From SAR324 cluster bacterium (lineage in GTDB: Bacteria > SAR324 > NAC60-12): a DNA stretch of 64,000 bases. A model generated the notes under the pieces. It was not told where the DNA came from and did not search any database. It saw only the letters and a list, made by a program, of their open reading frames with translations. Every line of letters starts with the position of its first letter. The stretch's first letter is position 1. The DNA lies in NCBI GenBank assembly GCA_014382365.1, contig JACNJW010000035.1, forward strand, positions 1,165 to 65,164, in the 5' to 3' direction. Positions 38,674 through 48,262 of this stretch are shown in pieces. A program made the translations under genes and the position numbers.

Positions 38674-40956
38674 ATGACTTCTGAATCTTGTTTCCTCCAA
38701 CATGTCTCAAGGGACTTGCCGCTCAATATGTCATTACGTCTCCAGGAATTACTGAAAAATTACAAAGAATTAATTGCTTCCGATCCTAACATCCGTAACA
38801 GGATGCTGGCAGTAGTCGTCTTATTGTTTTTGCTGCTTGTACTGGTAATGTTCAGTATGCAACAGGGATTTTCAGTACTTGAGCAATCAGGATCGCAGTT
38901 GATGATATTTGTGGCAATCAATGTAAATATTGTCCTGCTGGCAATTGTTTTTTACCTGATTGCACGGAATCTACTCAAGCTTTCTTATGAGCGCCGGCGT
39001 CATGTTCTTGGTGTTAATTTAAAAACAAAACTCATTACTTCCTTCATTGTCCTCTCTTTACCGGCAATGGGTTTTCACCTTTTTGCCAGTTTCTTCATTG
39101 CCACAAACCTGGAGTCCTGGCTCAAAGGTCAACAGGAGTCTATGCTGCACAGTGCCCAAAATGTTTCTGAAGCATACCACAACAATCTCCGCAAAACCAT
39201 GGAACTCCAAAATATGATCTGGGAAAATCATTTGAAAGAGAATCCTGGAGAATTAGAGATGCTGACTCCACCGAAAAATGTTGGGGCAGACGCGACTCTT
39301 TACTCCAAAGATCAGGAGTTGATAAAGCAGTGGATTCAAAATGAGATAACACAACTCTATTGGAAAAACCCTTCATTAAATGACTGGTACCAGATAAAAG
39401 CAAAAAACCAAACATGGTTTACTGCAGACTTGGGTGAGCGCTACATTTACCGCCTGATCAGGCCCATTGTACTGGATAACAAAAAATTATATTTAGAGAC
39501 TTTTTATCCGGCAACACCACATGCTTCAGGAGCAGTTAACGAAATCATTGCCCAGGATCAAAACAGTCAATTTTTTACAGAATCTGAAGATTTGGTGCGC
39601 GGCTATTATTTGATCATTTTTCTGTTGATGACTCTCTTTATTATTTTTGTGGCCACCTGGCTGGCTTTCTATCTGGCACGTGGTTTTGTGCAGCCTATCG
39701 AAGATCTGGCACTTGCTACGCAACGTGTTTCAGAAGGTGAATTGGGTTATCAGGTAGAGCTGCGTGGGCCTTTAGACAAAGACTTTGCCTTATTGATGCA
39801 GTCGTTTAACTCCATGAGCCGAGATCTGCTTGAAAATCAGGTTGCACTGAATAAAACAACCATGCATCTCCAGGAAAGCCATCGGACTCTGGAAAGCCAG
39901 ATTCGTTTTGTTGAGCTTGTTTTGGAAAACATCACAACTGGTGTCATGTCTTTGGATATGGCTGGAAGAGTCGAAATTTTAAATCACTCTGCGAAACAAA
40001 TGCTCCAACTGAAAAGCAACTCAGAGGGTAGAAAACACTACCGGGAGGTTCTGGAAAAAGAATCGCTTGAAATGTTTGAGGAAATGGTGGCACAAATTGA
40101 GTCTGCAAAAGAACGCTCCATTTCCCGCAACCTGATCGTTCACAAAAAAGAGGGTCCTGTTCAAGTTTCAGCAACTCTTCTGCTCCTGCAAAACAGTGAA
40201 GGTAAATCTGCAGGAATGGTCTGTGTTTACAACAACATTACAGAAATACAACGTCTGCAGCGGGCCCGTGCATGGAGAGAAGTAGCACGGCGTATTGCCC
40301 ATGAAATTAAAAACCCTCTCACTCCAATCCAACTTTCTGCAGAGCGGATCCAGCGAAAATATGCGGGAGAGGTTTCAGATGATGTTGCGCTTCAGCAGTC
40401 AACACAGACTATCATCAAAGAAGTTCAACATCTAAAACAGATGGTCAGTGAATTTTCCAACTTTGCAAAAATTCCTGAAACAAATCCTCATTTAAGTGAT
40501 TTGAACCAAATTGTCAGGGAAGCCCTTTTACTATATCATGAAAACATGCCTGCCAGAATTTCCCTGAATACTGAGTTAAGTGAGTCACTTCCGCAACTTC
40601 CATTAGATAGTGACCAAATACGGCGGGTTGTTATCAATTTAGTCGACAATGCTATCAGTTCAATTGAAAAAAAAGGAGCGCTTTCGCGTATTTTCCGTCA
40701 GGGAGAAATCATTGTCCGTACCCGTCATGTTCCTGATTTGAACATTATTTTCCTTGATGTCGAGGATAACGGAACCGGAATTTCTCCAGAAATTTCAGAC
40801 GATCTTTTTGAACCTTATACAACAACCAAAGAGCATGGTACCGGACTTGGACTGACCATCGTCAGTCAAACTATTTCCGATCACAACGGCTTCACCCGTT
40901 TCCGCAATTTAGAATCCGGTGGTGTCTGTTTTACAATCGAACTTCCTGTTGCTTGA
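38674..40956 (+). CDS. NtrY-like sensor histidine kinase (membrane sensor, HAMP, PAS, HisKA, HATPase)
   Basis: 760 aa. H-box AHEIKNPLTPIQLSAERI characteristic of NtrY-type kinases. G-box DNGTGI...GTGLGL. Confidence 0.7.
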   Translation: MTSESCFLQHVSRDLPLNMSLRLQELLKNYKELIASDPNIRNRMLAVVVLLFLLLVLVMFSMQQGFSVLEQSGSQLMIFVAINVNIVLLAIVFYLIARNLLKLSYERRRHVLGVNLKTKLITSFIVLSLPAMGFHLFASFFIATNLESWLKGQQESMLHSAQNVSEAYHNNLRKTMELQNMIWENHLKENPGELEMLTPPKNVGADATLYSKDQELIKQWIQNEITQLYWKNPSLNDWYQIKAKNQTWFTADLGERYIYRLIRPIVLDNKKLYLETFYPATPHASGAVNEIIAQDQNSQFFTESEDLVRGYYLIIFLLMTLFIIFVATWLAFYLARGFVQPIEDLALATQRVSEGELGYQVELRGPLDKDFALLMQSFNSMSRDLLENQVALNKTTMHLQESHRTLESQIRFVELVLENITTGVMSLDMAGRVEILNHSAKQMLQLKSNSEGRKHYREVLEKESLEMFEEMVAQIESAKERSISRNLIVHKKEGPVQVSATLLLLQNSEGKSAGMVCVYNNITEIQRLQRARAWREVARRIAHEIKNPLTPIQLSAERIQRKYAGEVSDDVALQQSTQTIIKEVQHLKQMVSEFSNFAKIPETNPHLSDLNQIVREALLLYHENMPARISLNTELSESLPQLPLDSDQIRRVVINLVDNAISSIEKKGALSRIFRQGEIIVRTRHVPDLNIIFLDVEDNGTGISPEISDDLFEPYTTTKEHGTGLGLTIVSQTISDHNGFTRFRNLESGGVCFTIELPVA

Positions 40957-40972
40957 AAAGAGTAAACCAGCA

Positions 40973-41392
40973 ATGAAAATATTTCAGCAAGTTCTGCAGT
41001 TCAAGACCCGCGGCAAAGGGCTGCTGGAAATCACAAACGAAGTCCAGGAGATAATACGAGCCTCTGAAATTACTTCCGGATTATGTAGTTTATTTGTTCG
41101 GCACACTTCAGCAAGTCTTGTTATTCAGGAAAATGCCGATCCTGATGTTCAAGAGGATCTCGAATATTTTTTTGGAAAGCTGGTTCCGGAAAACGATTTA
41201 GGATATACTCACACCATGGAAGGGCCAGATGACATGCCTTCACATATCCGAAGTGCCTTAACCAGAACATCTGAGCAGATTCCAATTATCGGTGCTAAAA
41301 TGCTTTTGGGAACCTGGCAGGGAATTTTTCTCTGGGAACACCGCTCGACTGGTCATAGCAGAAATGTGGTAGTGCATATTTCCGGAAATTAA
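40973..41392 (+). CDS. YjbQ/UPF0047 family protein (secondary thiamine-phosphate synthase-like)
   Basis: 139 aa from the internal ATG. YjbQ-like conserved core (LLEITNEV...SLVIQENADPDV). Confidence 0.65.
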   Translation: MKIFQQVLQFKTRGKGLLEITNEVQEIIRASEITSGLCSLFVRHTSASLVIQENADPDVQEDLEYFFGKLVPENDLGYTHTMEGPDDMPSHIRSALTRTSEQIPIIGAKMLLGTWQGIFLWEHRSTGHSRNVVVHISGN

Positions 41393-41483
41393 TTCTTGTA
41401 TTTGGCTTGTGAATACTTTCATGCTGCTTTAAAGTTCAAACTTTTTTAACTAAAAACTTATTCCAGAAAAAAACACTAGATCC

Positions 41484-43163
41484 ATGCAAACAAAATTTAT
41501 ATTTATTACCGGAGGTGTAGTTTCCGGTCTGGGCAAAGGAATTGCTGCTGCTTCTATCGGAGCATTACTTGAGTCAAGGGGTCTGACAGTCAGTCTAATG
41601 AAATTAGATCCCTATATAAATGTAGACGCCGGTACCATGAATCCCTTTCAGCACGGTGAAGTTTTTGTCACGGTGGATGGTGCAGAAACAGACTTGGATC
41701 TTGGACATTACGAACGCTACACAAATGCTGTCCTGACCCGCAGGCATAACCGTACAACCGGTCAGATATATGATGCCGTTATTCGAAAAGAACGTGCCGG
41801 TGACTATTTGGGTGCAACTGTTCAGGTGATTCCGCATGTAATTGATGAAATTAAGGACACGATCTCTGAAGCTGCCAGATTGGCAAAAAATAATGACAAA
41901 TCAGGTACTGCTCCAAACGCAGATATTTGTATTGTAGAAATCGGCGGTACTGTTGGAGATATTGAATCCCTGCCTTTTCTTGAAGCAATCCGTCAGTATA
42001 GACATGATCATGGTCGAGAAAACACTTTGTTCATTCATTTGACTTTGATTATTCAAACTACAGAAATGAAAACTAAACCTACTCAGCACAGCGTAGGTAA
42101 ACTGAGGGAAATCGGAATTCAGCCTGATATCCTGATCTGCCGTACTTCAGAGATGCTGACGGAAAAAGTTCGTAGCAAAATATCTCTCTTTACCAATGTT
42201 CCGGAAAATTCTGTTGTGAATGGACTTGACGTTGAGTCGGTATATGAAGCTCCATTGATGTTTCATCAACAGGAGTTGGACAATACAATCATGAGCTATC
42301 TACAAATGTGGACAGGAAGTCCAAAGCTGCAGCCCTGGGTTGATTTGATTGATAATTATAAAAATCCGCAGGATGAAGTTGATATTGCTTTTATTGGAAA
42401 ATATGTTGCACACCGGGATTCCTATGAAAGTCTGAATGAGGCGTTGCTGCATGGTGGTATTGCAAACCGCCTGAAAGTTAATCTGCATTATATTGATTCA
42501 GAATTTTTAACTGAAGAAAATGTAGTTGAGCAGTTGAAAGATATGGATGGTGTGCTCGTTGCTCCAGGTTTTGGAGAACGTGGTACTGAAGGAAAGATAT
42601 CTGCAATCCAAATTGCCAGGACAAAGAAAATACCTTTTTTTGGCATCTGCCTCGGAATGCAAATGGCATTCATAGAGTTTGCACGCAATGTTGTTGGAAT
42701 TAAAACTGCAAATTCTGGTGAGTCCCGACCGGACCATCCTGAAAACGTGATTGATTTGATGCCGGAACAAGAAGGACAGGAGGAAACTGGTGGTACAATG
42801 CGCCTTGGCAGTCAAACTACTGAACTGAAAAAAGGCACCCTGATTGCTGATATATACAATAAAACAACAATTTCAGAACGACATCGGCACCGCTATGAAG
42901 TAATGAATTATTTTGTTCCCAGGTTTGAAGAAGCAGGAATGACTATTTCCGGCCGTCATCCTGAACGCAATTTAGTTGAAACGATTGAACTGCAAGAACA
43001 TCCTTGGTTCATTGGTTGTCAATACCATCCTGAACTCCAATCAAAACCACTAAGACCACATCCTCTGTTTTCTGCATTTATAGCAGCCTCTTATGTTAAT
43101 CGACAGACAAGACTAGGTCTTAAACAAAATTCGAAAAAAACAGTCACTACTTCAAATGTTTAA
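41484..43163 (+). CDS. pyrG: CTP synthase
   Basis: KFIFITGGVVSGLGKG P-loop and C-terminal glutamine amidotransferase (GICLGMQ). Confidence 0.9.
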   Translation: MQTKFIFITGGVVSGLGKGIAAASIGALLESRGLTVSLMKLDPYINVDAGTMNPFQHGEVFVTVDGAETDLDLGHYERYTNAVLTRRHNRTTGQIYDAVIRKERAGDYLGATVQVIPHVIDEIKDTISEAARLAKNNDKSGTAPNADICIVEIGGTVGDIESLPFLEAIRQYRHDHGRENTLFIHLTLIIQTTEMKTKPTQHSVGKLREIGIQPDILICRTSEMLTEKVRSKISLFTNVPENSVVNGLDVESVYEAPLMFHQQELDNTIMSYLQMWTGSPKLQPWVDLIDNYKNPQDEVDIAFIGKYVAHRDSYESLNEALLHGGIANRLKVNLHYIDSEFLTEENVVEQLKDMDGVLVAPGFGERGTEGKISAIQIARTKKIPFFGICLGMQMAFIEFARNVVGIKTANSGESRPDHPENVIDLMPEQEGQEETGGTMRLGSQTTELKKGTLIADIYNKTTISERHRHRYEVMNYFVPRFEEAGMTISGRHPERNLVETIELQEHPWFIGCQYHPELQSKPLRPHPLFSAFIAASYVNRQTRLGLKQNSKKTVTTSNV

Positions 43164-44403
43164 GCAACTGATCTTCAAAACACTGCCTGTCTTGCTCTTC
43201 TTTTTCAGTCTTGTTGTAACTGAACCTGCCTGGAATTTGAATCAAAAAAGTTTCAGTTCACCAAACAGTGGCTACAAAATCACACGCAATACACTGAATC
43301 ACTTACAAAGAGAAGGCTTTTCAAAAACACTTACTGGTCTGCTGTCTCCCATCTTGAATAATGTTTATCTCAACCGCAAAAAATTTATTGCCGACTTGCC
43401 GATACATCTCACGAAAAAAGAACAGGATCTTCTTTTACGCTTTGCTTCAACAGAGCAAATAAAAATACAGGCTGATGAATTCAGCAGTGATCTTAATGAA
43501 AATGCTGCCGTTTTCCGTGGAAACGTAAAAGGAGTCATTCCCAGAGAAAACATAGAGTTGGCTACTGCAAAACTTCGTCTGGTCTCAGGAAATGGAAGTA
43601 ACTTCGAAAAATTGATTGGTGAGGGTGGTGTTCAGATCAAACAATGGGACAGAGAGGTTCGCTCTGATTTTGCAATTTATACACAGATTGATCTTGAAAA
43701 ACCAGTACCTGATAAAATTTCTGCTGAAACAATCCGGACGCCTCAGCAAACATTACAGCTGAAAGGTAAAGTCCTGATGAAAGCCGCTCAGGGCATGGTA
43801 AACAGCGAAACTGTTTTTGTGGATCTTCTTCAGCAACAGGCTGTCCTGGAAGGTCAGGATGCAAGCAGTGACGGTCGCATTCGGGTTGAAGCAAATCTCA
43901 CTGAACTGGAAACAAACCAAGATCAGCAGGACAAGGCAAACAAAACAGCTCCTGCAGAAGATGGCTCCAAGAATCCTACTCAACCAAGCAAAGTTATTTT
44001 ATTTGCCTCACGAGCAGTGTTGGACAATACAAAGCATCAGGCAATGTTTGAGGGTAATGTTGAAATGGAACGAAACCCCGATAAACTCTATATAAATGCA
44101 GGGAAAATCACTTTACGTCTGAATGACTTACAGGAACTGCTCTCTATCAAGGCTGAGCAGGGTGTCTGTTTTGAGCAACCTGGACGTGTTGCTAAAGCCG
44201 AACAGGCTAACTTTAATGAAATTGAACAAACCATTTTACTTGAAGGAAATGCGGAGGTTCAGTCAGGACAATATCATCTGCAGGGCAACTCTATCAATTT
44301 ATATCTTGATGTAAATAAAGGAGTGGCTCAGGGTGATAACAAAGCCCCCATCCAAATGACAATCCTGGGAAAACAGTCCCCGTCAATCTTTGCCTGTAGA
44401 TGA
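43156..44403 (+). CDS. Secreted protein with OstA/LptA-like beta-jellyroll repeats (LptA-like, unusually long)
   Basis: 415 aa. Signal peptide. Two regions with the F.GNV...ad pattern of the OstA_N fold. Confidence 0.4.
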   Translation: MFKQLIFKTLPVLLFFFSLVVTEPAWNLNQKSFSSPNSGYKITRNTLNHLQREGFSKTLTGLLSPILNNVYLNRKKFIADLPIHLTKKEQDLLLRFASTEQIKIQADEFSSDLNENAAVFRGNVKGVIPRENIELATAKLRLVSGNGSNFEKLIGEGGVQIKQWDREVRSDFAIYTQIDLEKPVPDKISAETIRTPQQTLQLKGKVLMKAAQGMVNSETVFVDLLQQQAVLEGQDASSDGRIRVEANLTELETNQDQQDKANKTAPAEDGSKNPTQPSKVILFASRAVLDNTKHQAMFEGNVEMERNPDKLYINAGKITLRLNDLQELLSIKAEQGVCFEQPGRVAKAEQANFNEIEQTILLEGNAEVQSGQYHLQGNSINLYLDVNKGVAQGDNKAPIQMTILGKQSPSIFACR

Positions 44404-44825
44404 AAATTGGCTCAGCTGCAGCTACTCAACAGCAAACTACTAAAGTAAATAAACGACCGCAATTAGCTCTTGATGCAGCTTTTAAAAACTCAGGATCAGG
44501 AATTCAAATTTACATCGAACGACCTGGACACGGAGACAAATCAAAAGACGGCAGTCACCTCAAAGTGCACTATGAAGGCTGGCTGGCAGAGGACTTCAAA
44601 TTGTTTGACAGCAGCCGGGCAAAGCGACGTCCTTTTGAGTTTAATTTAGGAAAAGGCAACGTAATTACCGGCTGGGATGAGGCTCTCAAAGGTGTAAGGG
44701 AAGGTACAAAACTGCAGCTTAAAATACCTGCCAGACTGGCTTACGGCCGGGAAGGAGTTTCCTCAATGGGAATCCCGCCAAATGCCAATTTGATCTTCAA
44801 GGTAGAAGTCCTTAAAGTAACCTGA
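44400..44825 (+). CDS. FKBP-type peptidyl-prolyl cis-trans isomerase
   Basis: FKBP core (VHYEGWLAEDFKLFDSS...GWDEAL...IPARLAYG). Confidence 0.75.
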   Translation: MKIGSAAATQQQTTKVNKRPQLALDAAFKNSGSGIQIYIERPGHGDKSKDGSHLKVHYEGWLAEDFKLFDSSRAKRRPFEFNLGKGNVITGWDEALKGVREGTKLQLKIPARLAYGREGVSSMGIPPNANLIFKVEVLKVT

Positions 44826-44919
44826 AACAAAGTCATTTTTTCTGAACAAGCAGCTTTTACTAACTCCACTTTGATGCAGATAATCTAAAATTCAACAGAA
44901 ATTTGCATAAAATTATTCT

Positions 44920-45687
44920 ATGAAACCGGCAAACAGAAGAACTGAAATCGTGAAGATGGTTCGGCAGCGCAACCGCATTACTGTGGATGAACTGGCAGCT
45001 AAGCTTCATATTTCGCGGGAAACCGTAAGGCGGGATTTAACTATGCTGGCCAAAACGGGGGAAATTCAAAAATATCACGGTGGAGCTTCATTACCAACTA
45101 TGCTGGGAGAAGGTCCTTTTTTAAGCAGAATGGGCAAAAACACAGAAGCCAAAGTTCTGATTGCAGAGGAAGCAGTAAAACTAGTAATCCCGGGAGAAAC
45201 TCTTTTTATTGATACCGGTTCAACCACACTTTATTTTGCTGAAAAACTGGCAAAAATACCGGATTTAACAGTAGTTACAAATTCTGCAGAAATTGCCAGA
45301 ACGATCAGCATTGCTCCTCTACAGTCTAAAGTGTTTTTGCTGGGAGGAGAGTTCAGTGCAGATAATCGTCAAACTTTTGGAAGTCTGGCTATCTCACAAA
45401 TTCACTCCTTCCGTGCGCATCATGCCATTCTTGCCGTTGGTGCACTTGATTCACAAACCGGAGTGATGGATTTCAATATCAACGAAGCACAAGTCGCACA
45501 AGCCATGCTCACACAAGCTGAATCTTTAACTATTTTAGTGGATAGTTCAAAATTTGAAAAAATTGCTTCATTTGAAGTATGTGAGCTTGAGAGAATCACC
45601 AACCTGGTCTGTGAACAGCCTCCTCCAGATGAAATAAAAGAAGCCCTGTTGAAAGCAAAAGTAAACATTTGTTGTGCTGCCGTATAA
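44920..45687 (+). CDS. glpR: DeoR-family transcriptional regulator (GlpR-like)
   Basis: N-terminal HTH (ITVDELAAKLHISRETVRRDL) and DeoR C-terminal sugar-phosphate-binding domain. Confidence 0.75.
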   Translation: MKPANRRTEIVKMVRQRNRITVDELAAKLHISRETVRRDLTMLAKTGEIQKYHGGASLPTMLGEGPFLSRMGKNTEAKVLIAEEAVKLVIPGETLFIDTGSTTLYFAEKLAKIPDLTVVTNSAEIARTISIAPLQSKVFLLGGEFSADNRQTFGSLAISQIHSFRAHHAILAVGALDSQTGVMDFNINEAQVAQAMLTQAESLTILVDSSKFEKIASFEVCELERITNLVCEQPPPDEIKEALLKAKVNICCAAV

Positions 45688-45758
45688 TAACCTCCTCATA
45701 TAAATCCAGTTGTAAAATAATAGTTGACTGAACGGTTGTTTTATTCTACTATTCGGTC

Positions 45759-47216
45759 ATGACAAAACTGCTTAATATTAAATCTACTACAAAGGATAAT
45801 TCAAACAGTCCTTCATTACTTGCAACTGCAGATGTTGCTGTGATCGGCGGGGGAGTGGTCGGTTGTGCGGTTGCCAGGCGGTTAGCCCTTGAAGGAGCTT
45901 CGGTTGTTTTGCTGGAAAAAGCAGCAGACATTCTTGGCGGTGCCAGCAAAGGCAACAGTGCTATTCTTCATACTGGATTTGATGCTCCGATAGATTCGTT
46001 GGAAATGGAATGTGTCCGTAACGGCTACCATGAATATCTGCAAATTCATAAAAGCCTCAATCTTCCGGTGCTTAAAACTGGAGCACTTGTGGCAGCCTGG
46101 ACTGAAGAAGAAGTAGAGCGTTTTGCTGGTATTTTAGCAAAAGCACAGCATAACGGCATTGAGGATTTGCGTTTACTGAATCCGGAGGAAACCCTCAAAC
46201 TGGAACCTAAGCTATCGAGCAGTATTCGGGCAGCCATTCTCGTTCCTCGGGAATTCGTGATTGATCCTTGGTCTGCACCGCTGGCATATCTGAAACAGGC
46301 TCTGGCAAATGGAGGGCAAGCAATTTTTAACGCCGAAGTACTCAGTGGCGATTTCGATGGTTCAAACTGGCTGCTTCAAACAAGTCGTGGCGGAGTAAAA
46401 GCTAAATATGTCATTAATTGCGCCGGACTATACGGTGATCTACTGGATCGGAATCTGCTTGGAGAAAGCAAATTCACAATCAAGCCGCGCAAGGGCCAAT
46501 TCGTAGTTTTTGACAAAGCAGCGAATGCTTTGATTCAAGCAATTATTTTACCTGTACCTACAGAACGCACAAAAGGGATTGTGATTTTTCCCACAATTTT
46601 TGGTAACCTTGCAGTTGGTCCAACTGCAGAAGAGCAGGAAAGCAGGAATGATGCATCCGTGCACAAAAACACTTTGAACGATCTGCATACACAGGCTGTT
46701 AATAGAATTCCTGCACTTGCCAATATTCCGATCACGGCCACTTATGCCGGAATTCGTCCGGCAAGTGAAAAGAAAGAGTACCGGATTGTTGAAGATGTAT
46801 CCCGTAACTGGATCACACTTGGAGGTATTCGCTCCACCGGATTAACTTCTGCACTCGGTCTCGCTCAACATGTACTCGGCCTGCTTGAAAATCAAGGCGC
46901 TGAATTTGAATCCCTCTCTGAACCTGTTGTGCCACAGGTTCCTAATCTTGCGGAACATTTACAACGCGATTGGGAAACTCACAGTGGACATTCAGCCGGA
47001 TACGGTGAAATTGTGTGTCATTGCGAAATGGTCACGCAACGCGAAATTTCCAACGCACTTGAAGGCCTTGTGCCTGCAGGAAGTGTTGACGGTTTGAAAC
47101 GCAGAACCCGCGCCACAATGGGGCGCTGTCAAGGATTCTATTGTGCCGCGCGACTTGCCGAATTGACTGAAGGGAGATTCGAAGAACCATTTGCCGTTGG
47201 AAAAGCCCATGGATAA
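45759..47216 (+). CDS. glpA: FAD-dependent glycerol-3-phosphate dehydrogenase, GlpA-like with C-terminal BFD-like [2Fe-2S] domain
   Basis: GxGxxG FAD motif (VIGGGVVGCA). C-terminal Cys cluster CHCEMV...GRCQGFYC. Confidence 0.6.
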   Translation: MTKLLNIKSTTKDNSNSPSLLATADVAVIGGGVVGCAVARRLALEGASVVLLEKAADILGGASKGNSAILHTGFDAPIDSLEMECVRNGYHEYLQIHKSLNLPVLKTGALVAAWTEEEVERFAGILAKAQHNGIEDLRLLNPEETLKLEPKLSSSIRAAILVPREFVIDPWSAPLAYLKQALANGGQAIFNAEVLSGDFDGSNWLLQTSRGGVKAKYVINCAGLYGDLLDRNLLGESKFTIKPRKGQFVVFDKAANALIQAIILPVPTERTKGIVIFPTIFGNLAVGPTAEEQESRNDASVHKNTLNDLHTQAVNRIPALANIPITATYAGIRPASEKKEYRIVEDVSRNWITLGGIRSTGLTSALGLAQHVLGLLENQGAEFESLSEPVVPQVPNLAEHLQRDWETHSGHSAGYGEIVCHCEMVTQREISNALEGLVPAGSVDGLKRRTRATMGRCQGFYCAARLAELTEGRFEEPFAVGKAHG

Positions 47217-48225
47217 AAGTGTTCTGAATGACAATTGCGATGTGGCAATTATTGGTTCCGGACCAGCCGGACTGGCTGCTGCAATCCTCTTGAAATATTC
47301 CGGAATCCAAAAAGTTGTCGTTTTGGAACGTGAAGCCGAAGCTGGTGGAATTCCCCGGCATTGCGGTCACCCCCCATTTGGTATTCGAGAATTTAAACGT
47401 ATTCTGACCGGACCGAAATATGCGAAAAAGCTCGTTGAAACTGCATTAAATGCAGGAGTTGAGATTGTGCTTAAAACGACAGTGACCTCGCTGGGTACTG
47501 AAGGTGAACTCAGTCTTGTATCACCTGAAGGCCCAAGTCAACTTTCAGCAAAACGTGTTCTGCTGGCTACCGGAATTCGGGAAACTCCGCGCTCTGCAAG
47601 ATTCGTTTCCGGAAGCCGTGCTTTGGGCATCTGCACCACCGGCACACTGCAGTCGATGGTTTATTTGAAAAACCGGATTCCGTTTCGTAGTCCGCTGGTC
47701 GTGGGTACAGAGATTGTCAGTTTTTCTGCACTGCTCACTTGCAAAAATGCAGGCATTCAGCCAGTTGCAATGCTGGAAGAAAAACCGCAGCCCCATGTAC
47801 GTTGGCCGATTTATCAACTGACCCGCTGGTTTTGCGTACCATTATTACTGCAAACAAGCATCGTCAATATTCTGGGCACTGAACGTGTAGAAGCAGTTCA
47901 AGTTTCTGATGAAAACGGAAATGTCCGCGAAATTGCTTGTGACGGAGTTTTATTCACGGGACAATACACTCCGGAATCCAGTTTAGTCCGAGAAAGTCAT
48001 CTTGAGCTTGATCCGGAAACAAACAGTCCTGTTGTTGATTCATTTGGACGTTGTTCTGATCCGGTCTATTTTGCTACAGGAAATATGGTGCAGCTACCTC
48101 GGAATCAAGCCAGGGTTCCTATTTTTTATCTGGCTGAAAACCTGCCAAATCCAGTGGACGATGCGGGTCAATGCTGGAGTCAGGGCCGAGCAGTCGCAAA
48201 AAACATCGTGAAAGATTTGAACTGA
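47209..48225 (+). CDS. FAD/NAD(P)-binding oxidoreductase (GlpB-like partner?)
   Basis: IIGSGPAGLAAA dinucleotide-binding motif. 8-bp overlap with the upstream gene. Confidence 0.45.
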   Translation: MDKSVLNDNCDVAIIGSGPAGLAAAILLKYSGIQKVVVLEREAEAGGIPRHCGHPPFGIREFKRILTGPKYAKKLVETALNAGVEIVLKTTVTSLGTEGELSLVSPEGPSQLSAKRVLLATGIRETPRSARFVSGSRALGICTTGTLQSMVYLKNRIPFRSPLVVGTEIVSFSALLTCKNAGIQPVAMLEEKPQPHVRWPIYQLTRWFCVPLLLQTSIVNILGTERVEAVQVSDENGNVREIACDGVLFTGQYTPESSLVRESHLELDPETNSPVVDSFGRCSDPVYFATGNMVQLPRNQARVPIFYLAENLPNPVDDAGQCWSQGRAVAKNIVKDLN

Positions 48226-48262
48226 AGTTTGTCTTTTGCCTCCACTTATAAACGAATGTAAA

